DNA of 64,000 bases, taken from contig NC_134027.1 in the NCBI RefSeq assembly GCF_964204645.1, positions 21,290,560 to 21,354,559 of the forward strand, in the 5' to 3' direction. Of this stretch, positions 50,143 through 62,149 are shown piece after piece. A program made the translations under genes and the position numbers. Positions within the stretch are counted from its first letter, which is position 1, and the number at the start of each line of letters is the position of its first letter. This stretch comes from Tubulanus polymorphus (taxonomy: Eukaryota; Animalia; Nemertea). Below the pieces are notes generated by a model. It saw only the letters and a list, made by a program, of their open reading frames with translations. It was not told where the DNA came from and made no database searches.

Positions 50143-53100
50143 ATGCTTTTCGAACTCGAGTTATCTTTTTATTCATCAGCTGTAGGTGTGATTGTAACGG
50201 GCCAGTTTGCTTACGGTAAGTTATCATTTTACATAATTCACAAATAAATGAGGCGAATGTCGTATGCAAATTTTCAACAGCATATTCTAGGGTATGCCCG
50301 CTGATTTGAGCCATATCGTAAAGTTTCTGGTGTGTAAATCAGAGCGATCAAAAAGCTGGAAAATTACCTCCCTCGGCAGGGATTCGAACCTTATGACATC
50401 GCTAGACTCGGCACAAAACCCTGCCACACTAGACCGGGTGCGGAGGCGCAGTAATACCGCACGAAACATTGCGGCACCAATCAGATTGCTCGTTGCACAG
50501 GCACTTGAATATGGGCTTTGATAATGGATAAATATTTGATAATTTACCAGCGATACGTTAATCCTACTTCGATAGATAGTGTTCGGCTGTCCCGATAACT
50601 GCGGGTAGATTTAAGCAATACGGAGATAGGATCGTTTCCAGCCTTTCTGTATAGTATAGCTAAACGACGGGCGCGCGTTGCATCATGGGTAAATTTATTA
50701 TAAAACATGGCGGATTATCGAAGTAGGAACAACGTATCGCTGGTAAATTATCAAATATTTATCCATTATCAAAGCCCATATTCAAGTGCCTGTGCTCGTT
50801 GTATAATCGATGAGGCATATTTCACGGATTATAAACCGATAAATTAAAAAACTCAGGCTGAAATAAAATAGGAAATATGATTAGCTAATAATGACATCCT
50901 CTAAGTTTCGCATGTAGCTGTGTACTCCGGCTAGCATAACGGGTTTTCGAACCGCGGCGAGTCTCGATACCATCAGGTTCGAATCCCTGCCGGGGTAGGA
51001 TGGAAAATTACCAAGAAACTGGGTACTTTGGCGTGCCCTCATTTGCATGTTAGAAATGGTATTCTGCCATGATATCATAAAGTCTAAAACCAGATTACGT
51101 ATTCTATTTGTCTTATAGTCCATATACATGTATATATGAAATGGCAGTCGGCATAGCAATATGCTCGGCGAGCAAATAGATTTAGATGACAAATCCCAAA
51201 AGTTTCTAGAATTTTACGTATATTAAACGTTTATTCTATGCTACACCCGGTTACCTGATCTAATCCTTAAAACCATTTTCCAAACGGGATTGAAGTAAGC
51301 TAGCTTAAACGTCGAACAAAACCAAAACATTTGTTTGGATTTTTGTTATGATTTTAATGAAATGTGAATGATCATTCTACCTGTCACACGTCGCTCGCCT
51401 AATTCGACAATCACCAATCACTTTCTTTTTTTAGGATGTGAACTCTCAGCTTCTAAGCTCAATGCTGGACAAATCAGCCAACTGGTTACCAGATACAACG
51501 AAATGAGGTCTTCATTACGTTCATCTGATGGATGGAAAGTTGTAAGTACTGTATACTCCTCAGTCTAATACCATTCAACGAAAAGAAAGCCGTACCTCAA
51601 ATTCGAGATTTTTTTTCAGATATCAACCATTATATGATAATGAAATGATATTTTCCCCACCTTTTCCAGGAATGGGATCACGAACTAGCAAAAAGAGCTC
51701 AAGCGTTTGCAAATAAATGTGTATTTGGTCATGGCCTGATGACGAGGTAATGCATTGAGCTGATTTCAGTCTAAAAACACAATTTCAATTTTTCAAGCAA
51801 ATTCCATATGATGCCATGTTTATTCAATACTTGCTTCGGATAAGACCCCAGTTCACTAATTTTGAAAGATATTTTGGTAACTTCGGCAGAATTTCAATAA
51901 AAAAGTGAATAGTAACACTCATATAGAATTTCCAACGAACGAAATAGAAAATAAGAAACATTCGAAGAATTCTTGACCGACTGAACTATTCTAGATGTGA
52001 TGGTACAGTAATCGGTCAGAATGCTGCCATGTTGAGTAGTTTTACCAACGGTATCAAACCGGGAATAGAAGGCTGGTGGGCCGAAGCTAAAGACTACAAT
52101 CATTCCGCGGACAAATGTTCCGGCGTATGTGGCCATTACCGGCAGGTAAGATTATTCCAAACATTTTCTTACATGTGTTCATTAATAACAAGAACAATCT
52201 GTCTTAGATTTAGTCACCTAATCAGGGGCGGATTCAAGGGAGCATGGAGAGCGCTCCCCCATCAAATGGTGCCCTAAAAAAAATTTCAAAGAAATTTCTT
52301 TTTAAGTTTCTTCTAAAACTAAACCATCCTTATTGGGTGTTTCAAAAGTTTGGTTAATTTTTTTCCGGTGAATTTCCACCAGAAAAGCCCAGATAGGTCT
52401 AAAATTGTATTGGGCAATTTTCTGAGGTACCCGCTCTAGGGGCTTCGTACCTTCGGTGCCCTTATTTATCGTGATGTGCCCTGCTCCCCTCCTTTATTAG
52501 ACCCTAGATTCGCTCCTGCTTCCTAATCGAATAAGTTTAAATCAAACTTAGTTTGTCAAAATATCTCACGATTGTGAGACAACGCCTCTTTCCATTTGAA
52601 ATTTGGAATATTTGGGGGTGGGGTCTTATATGAAACTCAGTTCTCCGCGTCTATCCCTGAAGATGTGAAATTTTCTATTTGCAGATGGCGTATTCAAAGG
52701 TTTACAAGTTTGGTTGTGGTTACAAATTCTGCCCCACTATGACATTTCAATCATCGGGAATCAAACGCAAAAATTACTATTCGTATATCTGCAACTATGA
52801 CCGGTAGGTTCCCTTTCGTTGGTTAGTGCATGAACGAATTAAGAAAATGGAAATATGATAATATTGATTATGAAAAGCTAAAAAATTCAATCTACCTTCT
52901 GAGGTTGATTTCGGTGCTAAATGAGAAGGATTGAAAGGGTTTGGGCATTTACTGGAGCAAATTTCGCAATATCGTATTTCATTGTTGTCTGGGCTGTTGA
53001 AGCAACCGTATGTCTCATTTCCATGGCCAAAAACGTTTGAAAATGTAGCCCAGGCTCTTGCTTTTGTGTAAACGCTTGGCCCGTTCTTAATTGGAACGGG

Positions 53101-55245
53101 CTAGATTTTAGATAACGTAGTGTGAACATGGTTCTATAGTGATAGTGTGTACGCTGTTGATGGCAAGTCTCCGGCACTGACCGAAAAACAACCCCCGAAA
53201 TAACGTGCATTACTTATATATATATATATATTTTTTGTATTGTTTTGAAGGGCGATGCCAGGTTCGGGAAAAGGTATTTACAAAACTGGTTCCTCGTGCA
53301 CCAAATGCAGCAAGGATCACGATTCCAATAATGCCGTCAAGTGCGACCGATCATCAAAGACTTGTTCTGGTAAGTGAATTCTAATCCAGTGCCACGCGGG
53401 GCAGGCTAAAGACCATGAGGTATGTTCCAGAACCATTCCGCGTGTGTTCCAGACCCATTCCGCGTGTGCAGCCTACACAGTTCAATACACCTTGCTCTTT
53501 ATTGTGCCTTAATATATTGTTTACGCCATTGGCTTAATACAATACAGGAAAGGAAAAAGATAAGTGTCACAACAATAGAATAAAACGATTATCACTAATT
53601 TATCAAAAATACTCATGTTTTCACAAGGATAAACGAAGATTTAAAAAAGAATGTCAATAGCTCCATTCAAAGTCTAATACATGTAATCGACATCTAAAAT
53701 GCTCTGTAAAATCAGTTATTCATTTAGTAGTTTCTATTTCGTCAAAAGCCTACTTTTGACCGGTTTTTATTTTAACTGCTGCCATCGCTATCTTTGTCGT
53801 GTGTTGTGCTTTTTGCCGAAAAATTCTGCTCAACAATGAAGCATAGTTGAGTTATATTTTGGTTTGAGATCTGATTAATTTTAGTAATGCCGAACACGTG
53901 GAAGTACGCATTGTCCCTGCCTCAAATTTACGATACATTTGAAATTATCTCACAGTTTGACCACAGCACAGTGTCGAATTGACACTTTGTCTGTGCTATA
54001 TTGTAAATACATGTATGAAATGTTAGTAGAGTTGGCTTAATGGCTAACAAATTGTATGGACTATTTTAGGTACTTACATGTGCAAATATGGAACTTGTCA
54101 TAGACGTGAGTTAAATTTATGTTGCGTCAGTTGTAAAAAAATGTTTCTATAATCTATGTTGAGATTTTCTAGTTACTTGTGATTATCAATGTGCATAAAA
54201 GTAACAATCTATGATTACGGCTTCCAGTCCACAAGGACTTACAGGGTATTGAGATACACTATATTTCTAGAACAGTATTTTGTATATTTAGAATGCAACA
54301 TGGATCGAGGAGTTTGTAGTGGACACGGAATACCGGACCCGAATAACGGATGTAAATGTAAATGCGACGCGAAATACAGCGGAAAGCAATGTCAATGTAA
54401 GAAAGAAATTAATTTGATTTTTCAGTCCAAGGTAGAACTGCTCGGTGTGTGAAGAACGCTAGATCGACTAGAGGTACAATGAGGAACTGCAAATGATTGC
54501 AGACGTTCACACGATAAAACATGCGAAGAGATAAAATTCCTTTTAACTTTTTCAACCACTTAAACACATTAGCCATAGTTTTAATCAGTAAATTTAGATA
54601 GCTGTATAAATCCAATTATCAACAAGGGATGAGGATGAGCTTTGGAAAATATCGATTGACCGGTATGCCGTTATCATGCCGTTCTATCTAGGTGGGTATT
54701 TTAGTGCGGGTCCTGTGCGGTAAATCTGAAGCCGCATAATTTATGCAAATAGCATTGTCAGACATATTGATAATATCAAGTAAACAGGAATCATCTCTAA
54801 ACCCAGACTTGAACTTTAATCGGTCTAAATTCAAGTGAATTCTATTGTCCGATTTCGTTATAAGTAGATTACTATTCTTCAATGTTGCTTTGTCACCTTC
54901 GTGCTTGTGGTTCCAGGTGAAGATTCGTTTCTATGGTGCGCTGGTTCCGTAGATTTATGTCCAATCGATAAAGGTACAAGGGACATATGTAAATACACAT
55001 GCCGCAAGGAGTAAGTAGTCAAAACATCATAACACGGGTGGTCCTGCACATTACTATAAAAAAGTCTCCAACAAGCTCTTGCGTTTCATCGTAGGATCCT
55101 CACTGATTATCTATTTCAAGGGTGCAGGCTGACCGTACCCGGAGCCGCATTTTCATTGTATCGTCGCGCAAATCAAACATGATCGATGTTTTTTATGACA
55201 AAAAACCATTTAAAATTTCATTCTAGAATTCCAGAATGCAGGTAG
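50143..55245 (+). CDS. Secreted CAP/SCP (CRISP/PI16-like) protein with hinge, EGF-like and ShKT-like C-terminal modules
   Basis: Exons 51435-51541, 51670-51746, 51995-52145, 52685-52803, 53251-53369, 54070-54105, 54292-54396 and 54917-55010 join in phase: YNEMR, EWDHELAKRAQAFANKCVFGH, IGQN, WWAE, CGHYRQM, GCG..CNY, YKTGSSCTKC, CSGHG..CKCKCDAKYSGKQC, CEDSFLWC..LC..ICKYTC. The first exon (50143-50215, phase 1) and last exon (55227-55245, IPECR*) are tentative. Confidence 0.8.
50362..50443 (-). mobile_element. tRNA-like repeat copy (minus strand); a further copy at ~50921-51010 (+)
   Basis: The reverse complement reads CCGGTCTAGTGTGGCAGGGTTTTGTGCCGAGTCTAGCGATGTCATAAGGTTCGAATCCCTGCCGAGGGAGG. Confidence 0.65.
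50496..50794. mobile_element. MITE with ~80-bp near-perfect TIRs and 7-bp TSD (P-superfamily-like)
   Basis: CTCGTTG|CACAGGCACTTGAATATGGGCTTTGATAATGG ... CCATTATCAAAGCCCATATTCAAGTGCCTGTG|CTCGTTG. Confidence 0.9.
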
Positions 55246-57315
55246 ATAAATCTACACACTTAAGGGACCCGCAATAGAATTCAACCGCTGCCGGAGAACG
55301 AGCGCACAATTACATCGGTCCCGAATGAGCATCGAGCGAAGCGAGTCAAATCAATCCAAATCCATAGCCGCGGAAACTGCATATTTTGTATATAACGATG
55401 ATAGTAATAGTTTACATATCGGGTGTCCCAAAAATAGTGAACCGTTTTCTGACGACAATATCGCAAATACATTTACATACGGGTTTTTCAAAATCGATAA
55501 CTAAAAATTTAGATTAATTATTTTCATCAAGAAGTTTGATATATAACCGCAGTGAACATGGAATGGATAATAATATCTAAAACACTACGAATATTTACCA
55601 AGTATGATAAAAAGTTAATGAATATTACTACGAAGGACTACATAGTTAATATAAGTTATTCATTTACGATCCCCTATCCTCATTTCATCAACACTCTCCT
55701 TATATTTTGCAACTTCGATTCAGTAATATAATAGTCATTTCTAACGTATTTATTTATCCATACATTTGCCTGTATAATGTATGCATATATTCGAACTATT
55801 TGAATAAACGAATACAAAGATATAAGACTAAGATGGACTTGGGTAATCACTCTTTATCAGTTCCAATACTCGAAAAAACATTAAGTCATCTAGAGAATAT
55901 GTCACTTTCTATGGAATGTTACGTCATTACGTCGTTAAAAAAATCAATCTTGTAGCGCCACCTACCCAGGTCCGTGCCAAGGGGTATTCAGGGGTAGCGA
56001 ACTCACGCTAAAAAAATTTTCAAAGTGCCCTTCAAAAAGTCAGCGTCTTATGGTTCAAGATTTTTCGAAATTTGGATACAATTTTCATGTTTTTTTTGGG
56101 AAATGATAAGTAATCCATTTTCTAATGGTGTACTCAGGTACCCGGGCGCCATCACATTTAAGATCTGCCCTTTTTCAATATGAAAGTGCCCCTTTTTACG
56201 GTTAAAAGTGCTACCAAACTTCGAAAATAATCTATTACTTAATAGTTGGATGAAGCCACTTCGATGAAACTCGATAGACATGTACCCAATATCAGAAGTG
56301 AACCCTATATAATTAATTCCTAATCTTTCCACTTGTGGCGTAAATCGCCAAAAGCCATTTCAGTATATGTTTTTCGAGCTTAATGCAGCAATTTCACTGA
56401 ATCCCGGAGCTTGGTGCATCAGTAAAAATGTATTGTGGTGAAAAAGTAAGCATACAGTACTGCGATGAGAAACGTCGTAATTGTATCATATGATACAATA
56501 TGGTGGGAATTTTCAGTCGTGACCCACTCGCGTAGGGGCCTATACATTGAGATTGCGCACAGCAATCAAAACAACTTATTTTCCGAAATCAACACTTTTT
56601 CGGAAAGTGACGTTTCGCGAAACAATGTTTCTTGATTCGAACTGAGGTCGAAAAACAAATGAGAAAAACATTTCTGTTTCGTTTGTTTTTGCTTTACTCG
56701 GTCGGATCTTAGTTTGCCAAGACTAACCCTATTGGATTATTCATTTGACCCCACGACGGGACGGCCTTTGGAGTGTTGCCCGCACACGGTAAGCAGCCGA
56801 GCTGCCGAGGCTGTTGCCGTTTAGGTGTTTATTTCGTGCTGTATTAGTTGCTTTCGTAATGTAAGGCGTTGGGGGTTCTATGAAATCAGTTATATTTTTC
56901 AGAAGGCCTCTTACGTGATCCACCCCTGGGACGTTATCCAGTTGTTGTTATTTCGACGACCTTCCCCTCTTCCTGTCTCTTACCTGGGCCAACGACGTTT
57001 TTACTCACAATTGTTTCATCACAGGGCACATCGTAGATGCAATAGCTCGGTGGATCGAAATCGTTTGGTTTAACGTCGTCGCTTTAGTTAAACGTTCGAC
57101 CTGCTGGACCAATTCAGGCAATTGTTTCGCTTGAACGTTCATCAAGTTATAGATATCATCGGGACCAGACATCTGAGGCAAAGCGCACTTTAATATCTTC
57201 GCGATTTCTTTCATGAAACACAAATCTAAACCTAAAACCGAGAATATCCAGGAATTGATTAAATGTATGTTTGTATGTATATTATTTGATCCTCAATTAT
57301 AATTACAAATACAAT

Positions 57316-57620
57316 TTATAGCAAATAAGTAGATTGATGATGAGGGGCCAAAACAGAGCGTACTAAGAAATCTAACTCGATTCCCGCTGAGCTCAGATAA
57401 AATGTAAAATTGAGTAATTGGTGTAGTTTCCTTCTGAAATGCATTATCTTAGATTTATCTGGATTGACGGACAGTTTCCATATCTTGCACCAATCTGAAA
57501 GTTGGTTAATCATGATCTAGAGAAGCTGTTCGTCCTCAGCTAGGAGAACATCATCTGCATCTAGAAGTATTGGTAGTTTCAAGTCTTCAACAGCGACCCC
57601 AAGATCCAAGGATTTAATCT
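57316..57620 (-). mobile_element. Non-LTR retrotransposon RT fragment (degenerate)
   Basis: Translates to ..LPILLDADDVLLAEDEQLL*IMINQLSDWCKIWKLSVNPDKSKIMHF, the YADD region and the following thumb-side motifs. Confidence 0.75.
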
Positions 57621-58439
57621 TAGTATTCGGCAGTATCATTCATTAACTTCGCCATATCACAGAGTTATATTGTGCCATGAAACCCCAAAAGCTGAAATAT
57701 TCATACACATTTCCTACATTGCCACAATACGGAGCATGGCCATTTCTGCTTCCTGCTGCTTCGCGTAAATCCCGCGCAACCGCGCGTGTTGATATAAAGA
57801 AAATGAATTTGGTTATAAGCAGTTACCTTGACGGACTACACATGAGCTAGGGAAACTATCTGTCAGGTGTCCATTTATCTTTACACGAACATTATTTTCT
57901 CTGTGCATTCTTTAGATTTTCATCATTCTTCAAAATCATCCGCGAGGCGAACCAACCTATAGATGTTTCCGGGAAATCAAGACATTTAATCCAACATTTA
58001 CGATATACGTAACGATTACGATTTCGTTTGATATAGCAATTTCTGAATGTATCGTACCTTTGGTGGCATGCCTACAGCATCCTCGCATCCTGGGGTCTAA
58101 TTACCGCCCGCTGAAAGCTGACGACAATACATTGGTCTATTACATTGCCCAATGTTTCGGAAGCGATATCATACACTCGTTTTGAAGCATGATCCCCAAA
58201 CCGTTTAGATTTTAGCGTATCTTAGTTAAAGGATTACTAGTGACGACGCATAGTAAGTAAAATAACTCCTACTAAAAATTTTAAACGAGCGATTTTTATT
58301 TCAAATGAACTACAGCATGGCAGATTTGGGTTCTAATTTCTGGTTCTGACTAGCGCCATCAAACTAGAAATTTCAGAATATGGAGCTGTCAAATGCCGTA
58401 TTGAATTTATGATTTTGGAATTTTCCCATCGATACGTCG

Positions 58440-58620
58440 GCTTTCGTTGTCTCCCAAATGGCCAATCAGTATAATTCTCGTTGAACGTTGGTAATTTCAA
58501 TGTGGGTAGCTGTGGGGTCTTTCTTGGATGATTTTTCTCGAATTTTGCCTCGATTCCTGGACTAGCCGCATCTCGTCGAATCGTGATTCGATTTCGGATG
58601 ATGTCGTCTTCGTAGTTCAA
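58440..58620 (-). mobile_element. Possible Bel/Pao LTR-retrotransposon gag fragment
   Basis: QLPTLKLPTFNENYTDWP resembles the LP.L.LP.F.G....W motif of Bel/Pao gag; the match is short and isolated. Confidence 0.45.
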
Positions 58621-59066
58621 TTAAATAGTCATCTTATCGTTATTTCATTCATTTTATTGTGGGAAATTTCCGTGCTCTAGCATCATATTGATGGCTAGAA
58701 ATCATTACAAAAATCCATTCTAGGCCGTGGAATGGCATTATTGATTGGTCCAAAAACGAGGTAAAGAAATTGTAATTTGATCATGTCTTCGAATTTTGAT
58801 AGCATATATTTCCGAAAAAATGTGAGTAAATATAAAACATAGCCGCAAAGCAGTCAACGCCTAGCAGCATCATTAATATGCAAACCTTTGGAAATTATGA
58901 ATAGAAATGAAGAAATTCTTTATAGTCGGAATTTGAACCTGATAAACTGGTACATCAATATAGTAGTAAGAACTGACAAATTACTTTAGATATGACGGAA
59001 GACACTATGTACATGTAGTATGACAACATTTAATCGTTTGAAAAAGTTTTCGAAATATTTGCCAGC

Positions 59067-60098
59067 CTACGCTCGTTTTCCTAATCGGCCGCAGCTCAAA
59101 AACCAGACAAGGGTTTTTCCAAAAGCTCTCCGGATACATATATACACGAACAAATTGATCATAGAATTTACGGTGTGTAAAAATTGACCCGAATGATACG
59201 GTCGATATTTCCTGCCCTCATTTGCTGGTAAAATCGCCGGCAAAAATGTGTTAAGTACATCCATCATATATTCAACCATATATATCATATTTAAAACCAG
59301 TATCGTAAGTGTAATCTGGCGACCTTGTTTACTACTAGTGGAGCTTACATGTTCGACCATTTGTTGAAGTTTCTGGCGCACATGAACCGCTTCGATCACT
59401 AATATGAACATATGAACGTTACACGCTAAAACAAAGGCACCCGGCATAAACTTAAGCACAACCTTACCGAATACAAAATCGTAATACATTGCGTATTGCT
59501 TATTGAGAAGCAGTAACTTTTTCTGATCGATATACGTACACGGTTGATCGGGATTGACTACGTACGTCTCTTTATCCCAAATCGTCGGTATATCAAAGAT
59601 AAAAGTTGCAAGCCAAGTCGCAAGAGATATACGAAACGCATTTTGAATTGTACATATTCGTCTGGCAGATAGCGGGTATCTTATGGCCACATAGCGATCA
59701 ATACTTAATGCAAAAAGCAACCAAGGACTCGTTGTCGTGGTCATCTGGAATATGGCATCTATATAAAGATAAATATGGTGGAAGTACTGTTGATAAGTAT
59801 GATTAAAGCGAATAGATTCAAACGGGAAGCGCTTGGAAAGCATCATCAACTCGCGTCCGAACAGCCCGGTTAAACAGTTGACGGTATCGGCTACAGCAAG
59901 TGTCTCCAAATATAAAATACTGCTTCCGTTATGTTGCATTAGACGAAGAACTATGAATGCGAGGCAGTTGGAGACGACGCCAATGGAGTAAAGTATGGCA
60001 CGGGCTAATGTCATTATGGTATCGTACGTGTAAGTACCCGAACCATCACAGAAATTGCCGCAGCAGATATCCGTTTGGTTTGTTACCAGACTGTACAT
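59067..60098 (-). CDS. Intronless class A GPCR, FMRFamide/peptide-receptor-like, 343 aa
   Basis: Intact ORF with GVVSN, LAVAD, SPWLLFALSIDRYVAIRYPL, DIP, MPGAFVLACN and NSMINLFVY; N-terminal NQT sequon. Confidence 0.92.
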   Translation of the reverse strand: MYSLVTNQTDICCGNFCDGSGTYTYDTIMTLARAILYSIGVVSNCLAFIVLRLMQHNGSSILYLETLAVADTVNCLTGLFGRELMMLSKRFPFESIRFNHTYQQYFHHIYLYIDAIFQMTTTTSPWLLFALSIDRYVAIRYPLSARRICTIQNAFRISLATWLATFIFDIPTIWDKETYVVNPDQPCTYIDQKKLLLLNKQYAMYYDFVFGKVVLKFMPGAFVLACNVHMFILVIEAVHVRQKLQQMVEHVSSTSSKQGRQITLTILVLNMIYMVEYMMDVLNTFLPAILPANEGRKYRPYHSGQFLHTVNSMINLFVYICIRRAFGKTLVWFLSCGRLGKRA

Positions 60099-62149
60099 TC
60101 TTCCAGATTACATCCGAAGTAATATAACAGTGAAACTCGCAGTACAGTGACGCACTTGCAGTGTATAATCATTTTCCCTATACGTTAGGATCAACTTTGC
60201 CGCAAGTTTTCCATTCACCACCATATTAGCTATTACGATAAACACAGTGTAAAGTTACCGGATATAATTCTAAGATATAGAGAGGTACCCCAGTATAGTC
60301 CAGTAGTGCTCGGTTTTCCATCGAAAATATCACCGGGGCACGTCGCTCAAAAGATGATAGATAAGTTCTCAACCTGCGGCGGATTAGAACTTACCCGTCA
60401 GTTTGTCTACGCTGATCTTCTATATAATATATCGATCGATTAATTGTATCAAGAATGTATTCGATATTTCAAATAGTTATTTTCGAAATGAAATATATAA
60501 TTGCCTACCCACCCTCAAAATGTTGGATGAAATTACTTTTTTCTATGATAATTATGTGACCGGCCGACTGCAAAACTTTCCATCTTCGTAAATATTTTTG
60601 TTTTTTAATCAAATCATGACTTCAGCACTTAGATCGACATCATAGAAATATTTTATTGCATCGGATCCGACAATTTGACTCTAGAAATGATACAGCTGTG
60701 CTCAAACAACTTTGCTAATTAGCTATTGATAGCTATTGACCTTGCATTTTAAATTGATACAGAATCCTAAAATATATCATTTTCAGAATTACATTTTGAC
60801 ATTTTCCTTTTCAGAAACAGTTTCCAAATGTGAAATGTGTTCAAAATATAGTCTTTTATTATACAAAAACCTCAAATTCGTTTCAGTATTGTGGTGTTCT
60901 AGCTGCTAAGCAAACCTTTTACTGGAAATTTGGTCAGTGAAAATTATTTATAGCGACCTACCCACTGCCAGAATACCCGATTTTTTTTCTATTAAAAGAG
61001 AAGCCAATGAGCGTGATTAATTTTTCGGAGTAATATTCTAGAATATGAAATGTGAAGAAATTCAACTAGAGGACCAAAGGTCCTGAGGCTTGAAAAATAT
61101 CAGATATTCAAAGGTGTCCCCCTTTCGAGTTAAGAACATTTACATTCCGTGGTATTATACTGGTACCTTCTGAAACATGGCCATGGCCGCGACTGCACAT
61201 CAATACCTGGCATTGGGTGTTTCCGTGTTACACTTATATACATGTACAACTAAAGTAAACGGAGATCGGGAAAACACAAACAATGAACGCTTTTACGGTT
61301 CGCAGCGCTTTTACGGCCGCAAAATGTGATCTACCGATCTCAGAAAAATTATGTGACCCAAGCCTCAATAACCCTCATCCCCCTAAATCTCTACATATTT
61401 CCACTGCTCTCTGGAATGATGAGATGAAGAATAAAAATCGACATCAGTAGCACCAAAGCTAACCGTACCATTTCTTCTCACTACTTGAACTAACCTATGC
61501 GCAAAGACAGAGAAAAATTCGCGATTTTAGAGAGAGATAAATATAATGCAACACTCATCATCGATTCGACACAGCAGTTGCACTTAAATACTTGTAGTAA
61601 AGCGCGGTCGATTGATGCGCGCGGGCAGTATCTTATCTTCAAGCACAAAACTATCGTATTGTTTCCAATAATTAATTTGTTTACACTCTTCGCGTAAAAG
61701 TAACGCGACACATCTGAATTTCTTCCGGACAGCAAAGTAAAATTAGGTGACAATTGGAACTCTTTAATTTCGCGCATTGAAACATACATACGCTTTAAGC
61801 GGCGTGATCAGTACGCACAATAGGGAGCATTTATTGATTGCTAGAAAAGTGATAAAGCGACTCAACTTGTCGAACTGAACGGTTGATTGTGCGAATAATA
61901 CTAGTTGCTCCCTACACTACGGCACATACGATCTGTTAAGGCTCTTTTCGAGCCTAAAAAGTATACATGTACCGAATACCTTAGGTATGGAAGCCCTGAG
62001 ACGACATCTTGAGTTCTGAGACGACATCTTGAGTTCACGAGTTTTCAAGTTCAACCTCGTGAGTTCTCAAGTTCATGAGTTTCTGCCCGTATGTTTAAAT
62101 GGCAAAACGCCTGCGATATCGAGACATCGAACGTTAACACCCAAGTCTC

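Noticed and set aside
54426-54472. Extra CAP-gene exon just after the EGF exon
   Set aside because: It would require a 29-nt intron, and the EGF exon already joins 54917 in phase.
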